Origin: an uncultured Pseudomonadota bacterium
Lineage (GTDB): Bacteria; Pseudomonadota; Alphaproteobacteria; JACZXZ01
Assembly: GCA_963749075.1 (NCBI GenBank)
Contig: CAVVLJ010000015.1
Coordinates: forward strand, 1 to 16,662
Direction: 5' to 3'
Length of the DNA stretch: 16,662 nt
Shown: positions 8,912 to 16,662 of the stretch, one piece after another
Position numbering within the stretch: the stretch's first letter is position 1
Layout: each line of letters starts with the position of its first letter
Program-made: the position numbers and the translations under genes
The notes under the pieces: model-generated
What the model was told of the DNA's origin: nothing
The model's database searches: none
What the model saw: the letters and a program-made list of their open reading frames with translations, nothing else

Positions 8912-11282
8912 ATGCTGAGAGATGGCGACAAAGGCATACCGCCACCATGCAGGATCGCCGTGCCGCCATTCCCCGCCGATCCACCGCTTGCCGGCCCGGA
9001 GCGCCCGGCCGATGAGGACGGCTGGATCGAAATCCTCGCCCATGCCTTTGCCGATCCGGCTCAGCAGAGCGGCTTTCTCGCGCTCGCCGAGGAGGCGGAG
9101 CGGGCCTGCCCCGGCAGCCCCACGATCCTCAGCCTGGCGGCGACGGCAGCACTGCTTGACCGCCGCATCGACAAGGCACGGCTCTACCTCAAGCGTTACG
9201 CCAAGCGCTATGTCCCGAGCGCTACCCACCACCTGCTGACGGCCCTCGCGCTCGCTGCTCCAGAACAGGCTGCTCCCGGCGCGCGGCTTGCTGGAGCGCC
9301 ATGGTCTCACCGAGTGGGGCTACGCCATGCGCGCCTTTCCCGGCGGCTGGGGCCGGCAACGATGGCTCGGCGAGATGCTCGACAAGATCATGGGCCGCGA
9401 GCGGCCGATCCGCGGTCGCAAGCCGGCCGCCAAGGCCGCCGCCGCCAAGCCCGGCTCGAAGAGGCGGCCGGCCGCCACTCCTCCGGCACCGCCGCCGCGG
9501 CTGCCGATGGCGGCGGCAGCCGCGCCCGCGCTCCCGGTCTTGGCGCGGCTGCCGGTGGACATTCCCCTGGCCGTCGATCTCGACCTGGAGCCGGTCCTGG
9601 CCGCGGCAGCAGCGCCCGCCGAGAGCGAAGGCGGCTGGTTCGTCTTGCGCGAGCGGCTGGCCCATCTTGGCCTGGCCCAAGGCTTCGACGAGCTGCTCTG
9701 CCTGCCGCACCTCACGGGCATCGAGACCTTCTGGTACCAGACCGAGACCGTGCGCAAGGTGTTGAAGCAGTTCCGCGGCCGGGTCCTCCTCGCCGACGAG
9801 GTCGGACTTGGCAAGACCATCGAGGCCGGCATGGTGCTCAAGGAGTATCTGCTGCGCGGCATGGTCGAGCGGGTGCTGGTGCTGATCCCGGCCTCGCTGG
9901 TCGGGCAGTGGCGGGAGGAACTGGAGACCAAGTTCGATATTCCCTGCGCCACCACCTACGATGCCCTGCTTCACGACGATCCGGAGCGCTTCTGGGCGGC
10001 ACCGCGGATCGTCGCTTCGCTCGCGCTCGCCCGACGGCGCGAGCACGCCGAGCGGCTGCTCGCCCAGTCGTTCGATCTGGTGATCGTCGACGAGGCCCAT
10101 CACCTGCGCGACCGCGCCAGCCGGAGCTACAAGCTGGTCGACGGCCTGACCAAGCGCTTCCTGCTGTTGCTGTCGGCGACGCCGGTGCAGAACGACCTGA
10201 TCGAGCTCTACAACCTGCTGACCCTGCTCAAGCCGGGCATCTTCAAGACCCAGAAGGAGTTCCGCGCCGCCTACATGACCGCGGGCAAGCCGCGCCAGCC
10301 GGCCAATCCCGAGCGGCTGCGCCAGCTGATGCGCGACGCCATGATCCGCAACACCAGGGCGGTGGTGGCGCTGAAGCTGCCGCGCCGCCACGCCTCCACC
10401 CGCTGCGTCGATGCCACTCCCGGGGAACAGGCGGCCTACGCGGAGCTGACGGCGCTGATCCGTGCGCTTGCCGCCGAGGGCACGCCGAGCCGCCATCGCC
10501 TGGCGCTGCACCATCTGCTGGGCGCCGCCGGATCCTCGCCCCGCCGCAGCCGCGGCTGCTGTCGCGCGCTTTGCCGTCCGCCACGACGGCGACCCGGGCT
10601 GGCAGCACTTCGCGGCACGCTGGGCGGCACTCGGCACCGGCGGGAAGGAGATGGCGCTGCTCGAGTTCTCGGCGCGCAATCCCGACCGAGAAGAAACTGG
10701 TCTTCGTCCACCATCGAGAGACCATGGCCAGCCTCGCCGGACTGCTGACCCGCAGCGACATCGCCTTCGCCCGCTTCGAAGGCGGCCTCAGCGGACCTGA
10801 GAAGGATGCGGCGATCGTCGCGTTCCGCGAGCGGGTGCCGGTGCTGCTGTGCACGGAATCCGGCGGCGAGGGACGCAACATCCAATTCTGCAACACGCTG
10901 ATAAACTTCGACATCCCGTGGAATCCCATGGCCATCGAGCAGCGCATCGGCCGCATCGATCGTATCGGACAGACCCGCGAGGTGTTCGTCTTCAACCTGG
11001 TTGCCCGCGGCACGCTGGACGAACAGGTGCTGCGGCTGCTCGACGAGAAGATCAACATGTTCGAGCTGGTGGTCGGCGAGGCCGGCGCCATCCTGGGCGA
11101 GCTCGACGAAGAGCAGGACTTTGCCGATCTCGTGCTGGATGCCTGGATGGAGACGACCGAGGCCGGCCGGAGGCAAGGCATTCGACGCCCTGGGCCGCCG
11201 GCTCGAGGAGGCGCGGACGCAGTACGGCGACGCCAAGGCGCTCGACGACGCCCTGTTCGGCGAAGACTTCGAGACGGCGTAA
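8912..11282 (+). CDS. SNF2-family helicase/ATPase, YqhH-like, with ~250-aa N-terminal extension; four +1 frameshifts
   Basis: Assembled from ORF frames 8912, 9288, 10462, 8912, 11001, with extra bases at ~9255-9260, ~10540, ~10685 and ~11175; about 788 aa corrected. Motifs YQ, LADEVGLGKT, IPASLVGQWREEL, DEAHH, LSATPVQN, LVFV, TESGGEGRNIQ, FDIPWNP and QRIGRIDRIGQ. The start is uncertain (8912 or 8922). Confidence 0.88.
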
Positions 11283-11302
11283 CCGGGACGGAGGCTCAGA
11301 CC

Positions 11303-12462
11303 ATGACCGCCTTGCGCGACTTCGTCGCCGACCTGATGGAGCAGCAGGGTGCCGCAGTCGAGCGCCTTGAGCCCGACGGGCTGGCGGTGATCGCACCGCC
11401 CGACGTTCGCGCGGCCTTCGGCTGGCCGGAATTGGCCCGTCTCGGCTTCGGCGCCGAATTGCCGGCAGCGGCGCAGCGCGTCGGCATGGACGGCGACTGG
11501 CTGGAGCGCTTCGAGGCGTTGCTCGCCGAGCGCGGCCGGCATGCGGAGCGCCAAATCACTCTGGAGCAGCCGGCGGCGGCCGGCGATCCGGAGCGCCTGC
11601 TCTCGCCATGCCCTCGACCTGCCCAATTCGGTCTGGCGTTTCCAGCGCCAGCAGCCGGCCTGGACCCGTTGCCTGATTCATCACGTTCCGCACCACGGCC
11701 GTGTCCGACGAAAAGCGCGAGGGCCTGCTGTGGATGGGCTTCAACACCGGCACGGGGGCCGCACTGGGGGATGTGCTGCCGCGCCTAAGGGCCGCCCTCG
11801 GCGGCAACCAGCCCTGGCAGGCGCCCGAGCCCTCGGTGCGAGAGGCGGCCGGCGCGGGCTGGGACGCCGCCGCCCTGGAAGCCCGGGTGCGGCCGGCGCT
11901 GGACGCGGCGGTGCGGGCCGAGCTGGCGCCGTTTCTGCGCGCCATGCAGCGCCGGCTGGCGCGCGACCATGCCCGCCTTTACGGCTACCACGACGATCTG
12001 CGCAGGGAATCGTTGAAGCGTCTCGCCGCGCTCGACGGGAGCGAGGGCGCCAAACCGGACGCCGACCGCCAGCGGGAGAGCCGGAGGATCGCCGCGATCG
12101 AGCGCGAGTACCGCGCCAAGCTCGACGACCTCCGCCACAATTACGCGCTGCGCGTGACCGTCGACTGGGTGCAGACCCTGGCGCTGTTTCTCCCGGTTCA
12201 GCGCCTCGAGGTGCTGATCCGCCGCCGCAAGGGCGAGCGCATGATCCGGCTCGACTGGCACCCGCTCGCCCGGCTGGCCGAGCCTGCACCCTGCGACTGG
12301 GGGCTGGGCCTGAGTGCCACCCGCCTGGTCTGCGATGAGCGCCTGCACCTCACCGAGCCAGCCGGCCAGGGTCCGTGTCCCCGCTGCGCCAAACCCTTCT
12401 GCCGCGCCTGCCGTCCCGCCGCCTGCCCGCGTTGCGGCGCTCCGGTGGGGGGAGGCGGGTGA
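11303..12462 (+). CDS. YqhG-like SNF2 partner protein with coiled-coil region and C-terminal Cys-rich (Zn-binding) tail; two +1 frameshifts
   Basis: GGAGG at 11290-11294, ATG 11303 (MTALRDFVADLME). Extra bases at ~11602 and ~11678 join three frames into about 385 aa. Contains 'ITFRTTAVSDEKREGL', 'RRLARDHARLYGYHDDL..EREYRAKLDDLRHNYALRV' and tail CPRC..CRAC..CPRC. The CDS is solid; the YqhG-like label rests on recalled motifs and context. Confidence 0.75.
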
Positions 12463-12470
12463 GTGCGGGG

Positions 12471-12556
12471 AAATCGGGTCAGGGATAAATGGGGATCGCA
12501 CTCAGAGTGGGTTTCTTCGAGTGGCAAACATGCAAAAATCTACTCCGACCCCATTT
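12471..12556. repeat. Imperfect palindromic cluster of the AATGGGGTCRGA motif between convergent genes
   Basis: Degenerate AAATCGGGTCAG (12471-12482), AATGGGG[ATCGCAC]TCAGAGTGGGTTTCT (12488-12516) and inverted AAAAATCTACTCCGACCCCATT (12534-12555). There is also an 8-bp IR, TGAGTGCG (12460-12467)/CGCACTCA (12497-12504). Confidence 0.7.
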
Positions 12557-12566
12557 ACGAAACGCC

Positions 12567-13274
12567 TCACATCGCCATCGCCGGATAGTTCGACGGGTAG
12601 AGCGCGCGCCGCGCCTCCTCGTCCATCTCCTTCTTGAAGGCGTGATCCTTGCCGACGGCGCGCGCCCGCGCCACCGCCGGCCGGGCGTCGACCGCCTGGA
12701 ACCAGCGCTTGAGGTTGGGGAAGGCGGCGAGCGGCTCGGCCTCGCCGGGCAGCACGCGCGCAATGCGGTCGAGCCAGCCCCAGGCGGACATGTCGACGAT
12801 CGTATAGCCCTTGCCCACGATGGTGTCGCGTCCGGCGAGATGACCATCGAGGACGCGATAGTGCCGCTCGATCTCGCGCCGGTAGCGGTTTATCGCATAA
12901 GGCAGCTTCTCGGGAGCGGCGTGCTGGAAATGCACGGCCTGGCCGGAGAAGGGACCGATCCCCGTCGCCACGAAGAAGAGCCAGGAGAGGAGCTCGGGCC
13001 GGTCGGCAGGCGTGCCGATGAAGCGCCCGGTCTTGTCGCCGAGGTAGAGGAGGATGGCGCTCGAATCGAAGACCCGAGCCGCGGTGCCGCCGGGTCCTTC
13101 GGTGTCGACGATCGCGGGCACCTTGCCGTTCGGATTGATGGCGCGGAAGGCCGGCAAGTGCTGCTCGCCTTTGCTGGTGTCGACGGGCACGAGCTCGTAA
13201 GCGAGGCCGGCCTCCTCCAAGAAGAGCGCTACCTTGGCGGGATTGGGCGTCGGGTGGAAATAGAAGCGGATCAT
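12567..13274 (-). CDS. Glutathione S-transferase, Nu-class (YfcG/YghU-like)
   Basis: 235 aa. HPTPNPAKV (TPN motif), INPNGKVPAIVD, FDSSAILLYL, GPFSGQAVHF and YTIVDM. RBS GGAGGAG upstream. Confidence 0.92.
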   Translation of the reverse strand: MIRFYFHPTPNPAKVALFLEEAGLAYELVPVDTSKGEQHLPAFRAINPNGKVPAIVDTEGPGGTAARVFDSSAILLYLGDKTGRFIGTPADRPELLSWLFFVATGIGPFSGQAVHFQHAAPEKLPYAINRYRREIERHYRVLDGHLAGRDTIVGKGYTIVDMSAWGWLDRIARVLPGEAEPLAAFPNLKRWFQAVDARPAVARARAVGKDHAFKKEMDEEARRALYPSNYPAMAM

Positions 13275-13316
13275 GGCACTCTCCTCCGAGGGCGCGAGGC
13301 GGAATGGCCGATCCGC

Positions 13317-15545
13317 TCAAGCCTTCAATGCCGCCGGATCGATGGGCAAGGTGCGAACCCGCTTGCCGGTCGCGGCGAAGATCGCGTTGCAGAGAGCCGG
13401 AATGGCCGCCGGCAGCGGCGGCTCTCCCAAGCCCGTCGGCGAATTGTCGGTCGGGAGGAAATGCACTTCGACCGGCGGGGCTTGAGAGAGCCGCAACGGC
13501 GCGAACGTGTCGAAATTGGCCTCAACGACGCGGCCGCCTTCGATCGTGATCTTCTGGTTCAAGGCTTCGCCGAGGCCGTCGAGGATGCCGCCTTGCGCGA
13601 GGTTGAGCGCTGCGCTCGGGTTGATGACATGGCTGCCGATGTCGCCCACGGCCCACACTCTATTGATCTTCACCTGCCCGTCGTTCGCCACCGCCGCCTC
13701 CACGACCTCGGCGAAATAGCCGAGATGGCTGTAATAGAAGGCGACGCCCTGGCCGGTCCGCGCCTTGAGGCTGCGCTTCCCCCAGCCGGAAACTTCGCGC
13801 ACCTTCTCGAGAACGCCCCGGGCGCGGCCGGTGTTGAACCCCGCACCGCGTCCCGGCAGCAGCTCGTCCTTGCCGAGCAGCTCGATCTGGAACTCGAGCG
13901 GGTCCTTGCCCGCGGCATGGGCCAGCTCGTCGATGAACGACTGGAAGACGAAGGCGAGGCCGTTGTCTCCAGGTGCGCGCAGCGGACCCGTGGGAACGCC
14001 GAGCGGAATGAGGGAGGCCCCGTAGAAGAGGTTCGGCACGCGGCCGGCCGGGTAGGTGTCGGCCGAAAGCGCCGCCGAGCTCGCGAATCTCCCGTTGCGG
14101 CCGAAGCTGACGAAATGCTGCTGCCAGGCGACGAGCCGGCCATTCTCGTCCAAGCCGCCTTTGAGGAAATGCCAGCCCGCCGGCCGGTAGAAATCATGCT
14201 GCAAGTCGTCGGCGCGGTCCCAGACGAGCTTGACGGGGGCACCCGCCGCCTTCGAAATCCACGCCGCCTCGACCATGTAGTCGTTGGCCAGGCGCCGGCC
14301 GAAGCCGCCGCCGACGCGCGTCATATGGACGGCGATGCTCTCTTCGCCGAGCCCCAGGGTCCGTGCGACCAGCCGGCGTCCGGCCTCCGGGTCCTGGGTC
14401 GGCGCCCAGATCTCCGCCTTGGCACCTTCTACATGCGCCGTGCAGTTCATCGGCTCGAGCGCCGCATGCGCGAGGAACGGATAGAAGTAGGCGGCTTCGA
14501 CGACATGGGCGGCGCCCTTGAGCGCTGTCTCCGCGTCGCCGTCGTTGCGCAGGATGAGCGCCGGGCTCCTGGCGCCGAGCTCCGCCGCCTGGCGGGCAAA
14601 GCCCTGGCTGCTCTCCTCGCTCGTTGCACCCTCGTCCCATTTCACCTCGAGCTTCCGGCGCGCCTTGTCGGCGCGCCACCAGCTGTCGGCCACGATGGCG
14701 ACGCCGGGCAAAAGCCCGTTGAGATCCGTCCCACCCGCCACGACGAAGGCATGGCGCACGCCCGGCATCGCCCTGATCGCGTCGAGGTTGGCGCTCGCGA
14801 CCTTGCCGCCGAAGACCGGGCACTTCTGGAACACCGCATAGAGCATTCCGGGCACGGCCGTATCGATGCCGAAGAGCGGCTCGCCTCTCACCACCAGCGG
14901 GCTGTCGACGCCCGGAATGGAATGGCCGATGATCTTGAAGTCCTTGGGGTCCTTGAGCTTGAGGCGGTCCAGGTCCGGCAGAGGGAGCGTCGCCGCCTTC
15001 GCCGCCAGCGCGCCGTAGCTCAGGCTGCGGCCCGACGAGCGATGCCGCACCTGGCCGGACGCGGTTTCGCACTCGCTCTCCGCCACCTTCCAGCGCCCAG
15101 CCGCCGCCGCGATCAGCATCTGCCGCGCGGCGGCGCCGACCTTGCGCATCGGCGTCCAATTGAGCGGCGTCGCCATGCTGCCGCCGGCAAACTGGCGCCC
15201 GTAATGCGCGGGATCGAGCGCAGCCTGTTCCGTGCGGACCTGCTTCCACTCGGCGTCCAGCTCTTCCGCGATCAGCATCGGCAGCATGGTCTTGATGCCC
15301 TGGCCGATCTCGGGATTCTTCGAGACGATCGTCACGCTGTCGTCGGGTGCTATGCGCACATAGGCGTTGAGGATCGCGCTGCCGCCTTCGGCCTGGCCCA
15401 TCGCGGCAGCCTTGGCAAAGGCGGGGAGGGCGAACGTCAGCAAAAGGCCGCCGCCGGCGGCGGCACCGACCTTGAGGAAATCGCGGCGCGACGCGAGGCC
15501 GGCCGGCGGCGCCGGGTGATCGGGCGAAAGGCGAGGGTGCAACAT
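13317..15545 (-). CDS. Xanthine dehydrogenase family molybdopterin-binding subunit (isoquinoline 1-oxidoreductase beta, IorB-like), Tat-exported
   Basis: 742 aa. Tat motif SRRDFLK, EIGQGIKT, AGGSMA, HAALEPMNC, GGGFGRR, LRAPG and GLGEPP. Confidence 0.94.
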   Translation of the reverse strand: MLHPRLSPDHPAPPAGLASRRDFLKVGAAAGGGLLLTFALPAFAKAAAMGQAEGGSAILNAYVRIAPDDSVTIVSKNPEIGQGIKTMLPMLIAEELDAEWKQVRTEQAALDPAHYGRQFAGGSMATPLNWTPMRKVGAAARQMLIAAAAGRWKVAESECETASGQVRHRSSGRSLSYGALAAKAATLPLPDLDRLKLKDPKDFKIIGHSIPGVDSPLVVRGEPLFGIDTAVPGMLYAVFQKCPVFGGKVASANLDAIRAMPGVRHAFVVAGGTDLNGLLPGVAIVADSWWRADKARRKLEVKWDEGATSEESSQGFARQAAELGARSPALILRNDGDAETALKGAAHVVEAAYFYPFLAHAALEPMNCTAHVEGAKAEIWAPTQDPEAGRRLVARTLGLGEESIAVHMTRVGGGFGRRLANDYMVEAAWISKAAGAPVKLVWDRADDLQHDFYRPAGWHFLKGGLDENGRLVAWQQHFVSFGRNGRFASSAALSADTYPAGRVPNLFYGASLIPLGVPTGPLRAPGDNGLAFVFQSFIDELAHAAGKDPLEFQIELLGKDELLPGRGAGFNTGRARGVLEKVREVSGWGKRSLKARTGQGVAFYYSHLGYFAEVVEAAVANDGQVKINRVWAVGDIGSHVINPSAALNLAQGGILDGLGEALNQKITIEGGRVVEANFDTFAPLRLSQAPPVEVHFLPTDNSPTGLGEPPLPAAIPALCNAIFAATGKRVRTLPIDPAALKA

Positions 15546-15548
15546 GGC

Positions 15549-16037
15549 TTACGCCCCCTTCTTCGAGGCAGCCGAACCGACGTCGGTCTTCGCTGCCCGC
15601 TTGATGGCTTCGCGAATGCGCGCGTAGGTGCCGCAGCGGCAGATATTGCCGTCCATCGCGGACACGATGTCGCCGTCGCTCAGCGCCTTGCCCGGTGCGA
15701 GCAGCGCCGCCGCGGACATGATCTGGCCTGCCTGGCAGTAGCCGCATTGCACGACGTCGATATCGAGCCAGGCTTTCTGGAGCCGCGCGCCGACGGGAGT
15801 TGCGCCGATGCCTTCGATCGTCGTCACGGCGGATTTTCCGACGCCCGAAACCGGCGTCAGGCACGAGCGCACGGCGGCCCCGTCGAGATGGACGGTGCAG
15901 GCCCCGCAGAGCCCGGCCCCGCAGCCGAATTTCGTGCCCTTCAGGTTGATGGCGTCACGCAGCACCCACAAGAGCGGCGTGTCGCTGTCGACATCGACCG
16001 AATAAGCCCGGCCGTTGACATTGAGCTTGTATTGCAT
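15549..16037 (-). CDS. (2Fe-2S)-binding small subunit (IorA/CoxS-like)
   Basis: [17 protein letters not shown] and [19 protein letters not shown] 16037 chosen (MQYKLNVNG); the alternative is ATG 16061. Ends 3 nt before the start of the large subunit. Confidence 0.95.
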   Translation of the reverse strand: MQYKLNVNGRAYSVDVDSDTPLLWVLRDAINLKGTKFGCGAGLCGACTVHLDGAAVRSCLTPVSGVGKSAVTTIEGIGATPVGARLQKAWLDIDVVQCGYCQAGQIMSAAALLAPGKALSDGDIVSAMDGNICRCGTYARIREAIKRAAKTDVGSAASKKGA

Positions 16038-16282
16038 GGCCAACCCCGCCGATCTGCTCATGCAAAAGATACGATGGACACCCGCCCGCCGCTATGTCCC
16101 CGCCCATCACATTTTCATGATCGCAGGGGGCAAAGCATTCCGCGGCGGCCGATGTCTCCTTCGAGGAAGCGAGCGCAAGCCCGGGTTTCCGCTCGCCAGG
16201 CCGGAAACGGAGGCTGCACGGACATTCGCTTGCTACTTATCATGATCTACGTCGGGCTCGGGTCAAACCGTCATCTGGACAT

Positions 16283-16573
16283 CGGTCGCATGCGCCGCGC
16301 GCAGAGGGCGATCTGCGCAGCAGTGCGGACGGCGTCGAGTGGGTCGAGGAGCGGCACGTCTACTGGCGCGATGCCTGCTCGTTCCAGCTCGAGGTCCACC
16401 GGCTGGAGCAGTGCCAGGCCGGCACGGCGGCCTGGCCGCTCCTCGTGGTGATCGAGCGTTGGTGGGGCCCGGACAGGGCGAAGAGCCTGCGTCAGGCGCA
16501 GTGGTGCTAGCTTCTCTCCGGACGTGCCGGGCGCGTGCTCGCGTGGATGAGGCGACTGGACGTCGAGGCCTGA
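16283..16573 (+). pseudogene. Remnant of a small Trp-rich hypothetical protein gene (no clear start, in-frame TAG)
   Basis: Frame with strongly G/C third positions: RSHAPRAEGDLRSSADGVEWVEERHVYWRDACSFQLEVHRLEQCQAGTAAWPLLVVIERWWGPDRAKSLRQAQWC*LLSGRAGRVLAWMRRLDVEA*. TAG at 16508-16510, TGA at 16571-16573. The 5' boundary is approximate. Confidence 0.6.
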
Positions 16574-16617
16574 GTGCCCGCTTGCGCCGTCGCCGCCGGG
16601 TGGGGCGGGCCGCCCGC

Positions 16618-16662
16618 CTACACCGCGAAATACTTCGCCTGCGGATGATGCACCACGATGCA
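16618..16662 (-). CDS. metH: 3' end of probable cobalamin-dependent methionine synthase (gene continues beyond window)
   Basis: Minus strand reads CIVVHHPQAKYFAV*, matching the MetH activation-domain C-terminus (..HHP.AKYF.V). Only 15 codons are visible. Confidence 0.75.
   Translation of the reverse strand, partial: CIVVHHPQAKYFAV

Noticed and set aside
9255-11680. Programmed ribosomal frameshifting or phase variation in the SNF2 module
   Set aside because: There are six independent sites, no slippery heptamers and no long homopolymer or SSR tracts.
8912-11788. 958-aa ORF as a single fusion protein
   Set aside because: A chimera of frames created by frameshifts. It mixes real segments of the SNF2 gene and the partner gene with out-of-frame text. 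The SNF2 gene ends at 11282 and the partner has its own RBS and ATG at 11303.
13778-13787. TCCCCCAGCC matching the tRNA-Gln 3' end (possible attR)
   Set aside because: Only 10 bp, GC-rich, and inside the intact iorB-like coding sequence, so most likely chance.
12489-16451. 1320-aa plus-strand ORF
   Set aside because: Antisense shadow of the GST, iorB and iorA genes. It has no recognisable motifs, and long stop-free antisense frames are expected in high-GC coding DNA.
16508-16510. Pyrrolysine or amber readthrough at the in-frame TAG
   Set aside because: No pyl machinery is visible, TAG is used as a normal stop elsewhere in the window, and the frame also lacks a start. Simple decay or a sequencing error is more parsimonious.

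Overview
High-GC window, most likely from an alphaproteobacterium (Rhodospirillales-like gene order; inference). The left part (1-6945, minus strand) is a housekeeping cluster: ppx/gppA, rlmE, guaB, an RsmB/NOP methyltransferase, a GNAT acetyltransferase and guaA. guaA has one +1 frameshift and runs just off the window edge. A divergent tRNA-Gln(CTG) follows at 7088-7161, then an accessory block (about 7.2-12.55 kb) with no integrase. The block holds an AbrB-type/VapC toxin-antitoxin pair whose toxin lacks the first catalytic Asp, a YhaV toxin with only a C-terminal remnant of its PrlF antitoxin, and a two-gene module. That module is a YqhH-like SNF2 ATPase with a long N-terminal extension plus a YqhG-like partner with a Cys-rich tail, and it is broken by six +1 frameshifts. 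Copies of a 22-bp AATGGGGTCRGA... motif bracket part of the block. The right part has iorA/iorB-type molybdo-oxidoreductase genes, a Nu-class-like GST, an unannotated pseudogene and the last 15 codons of a probable metH. All family calls come from motif recognition by eye; no searches were run.
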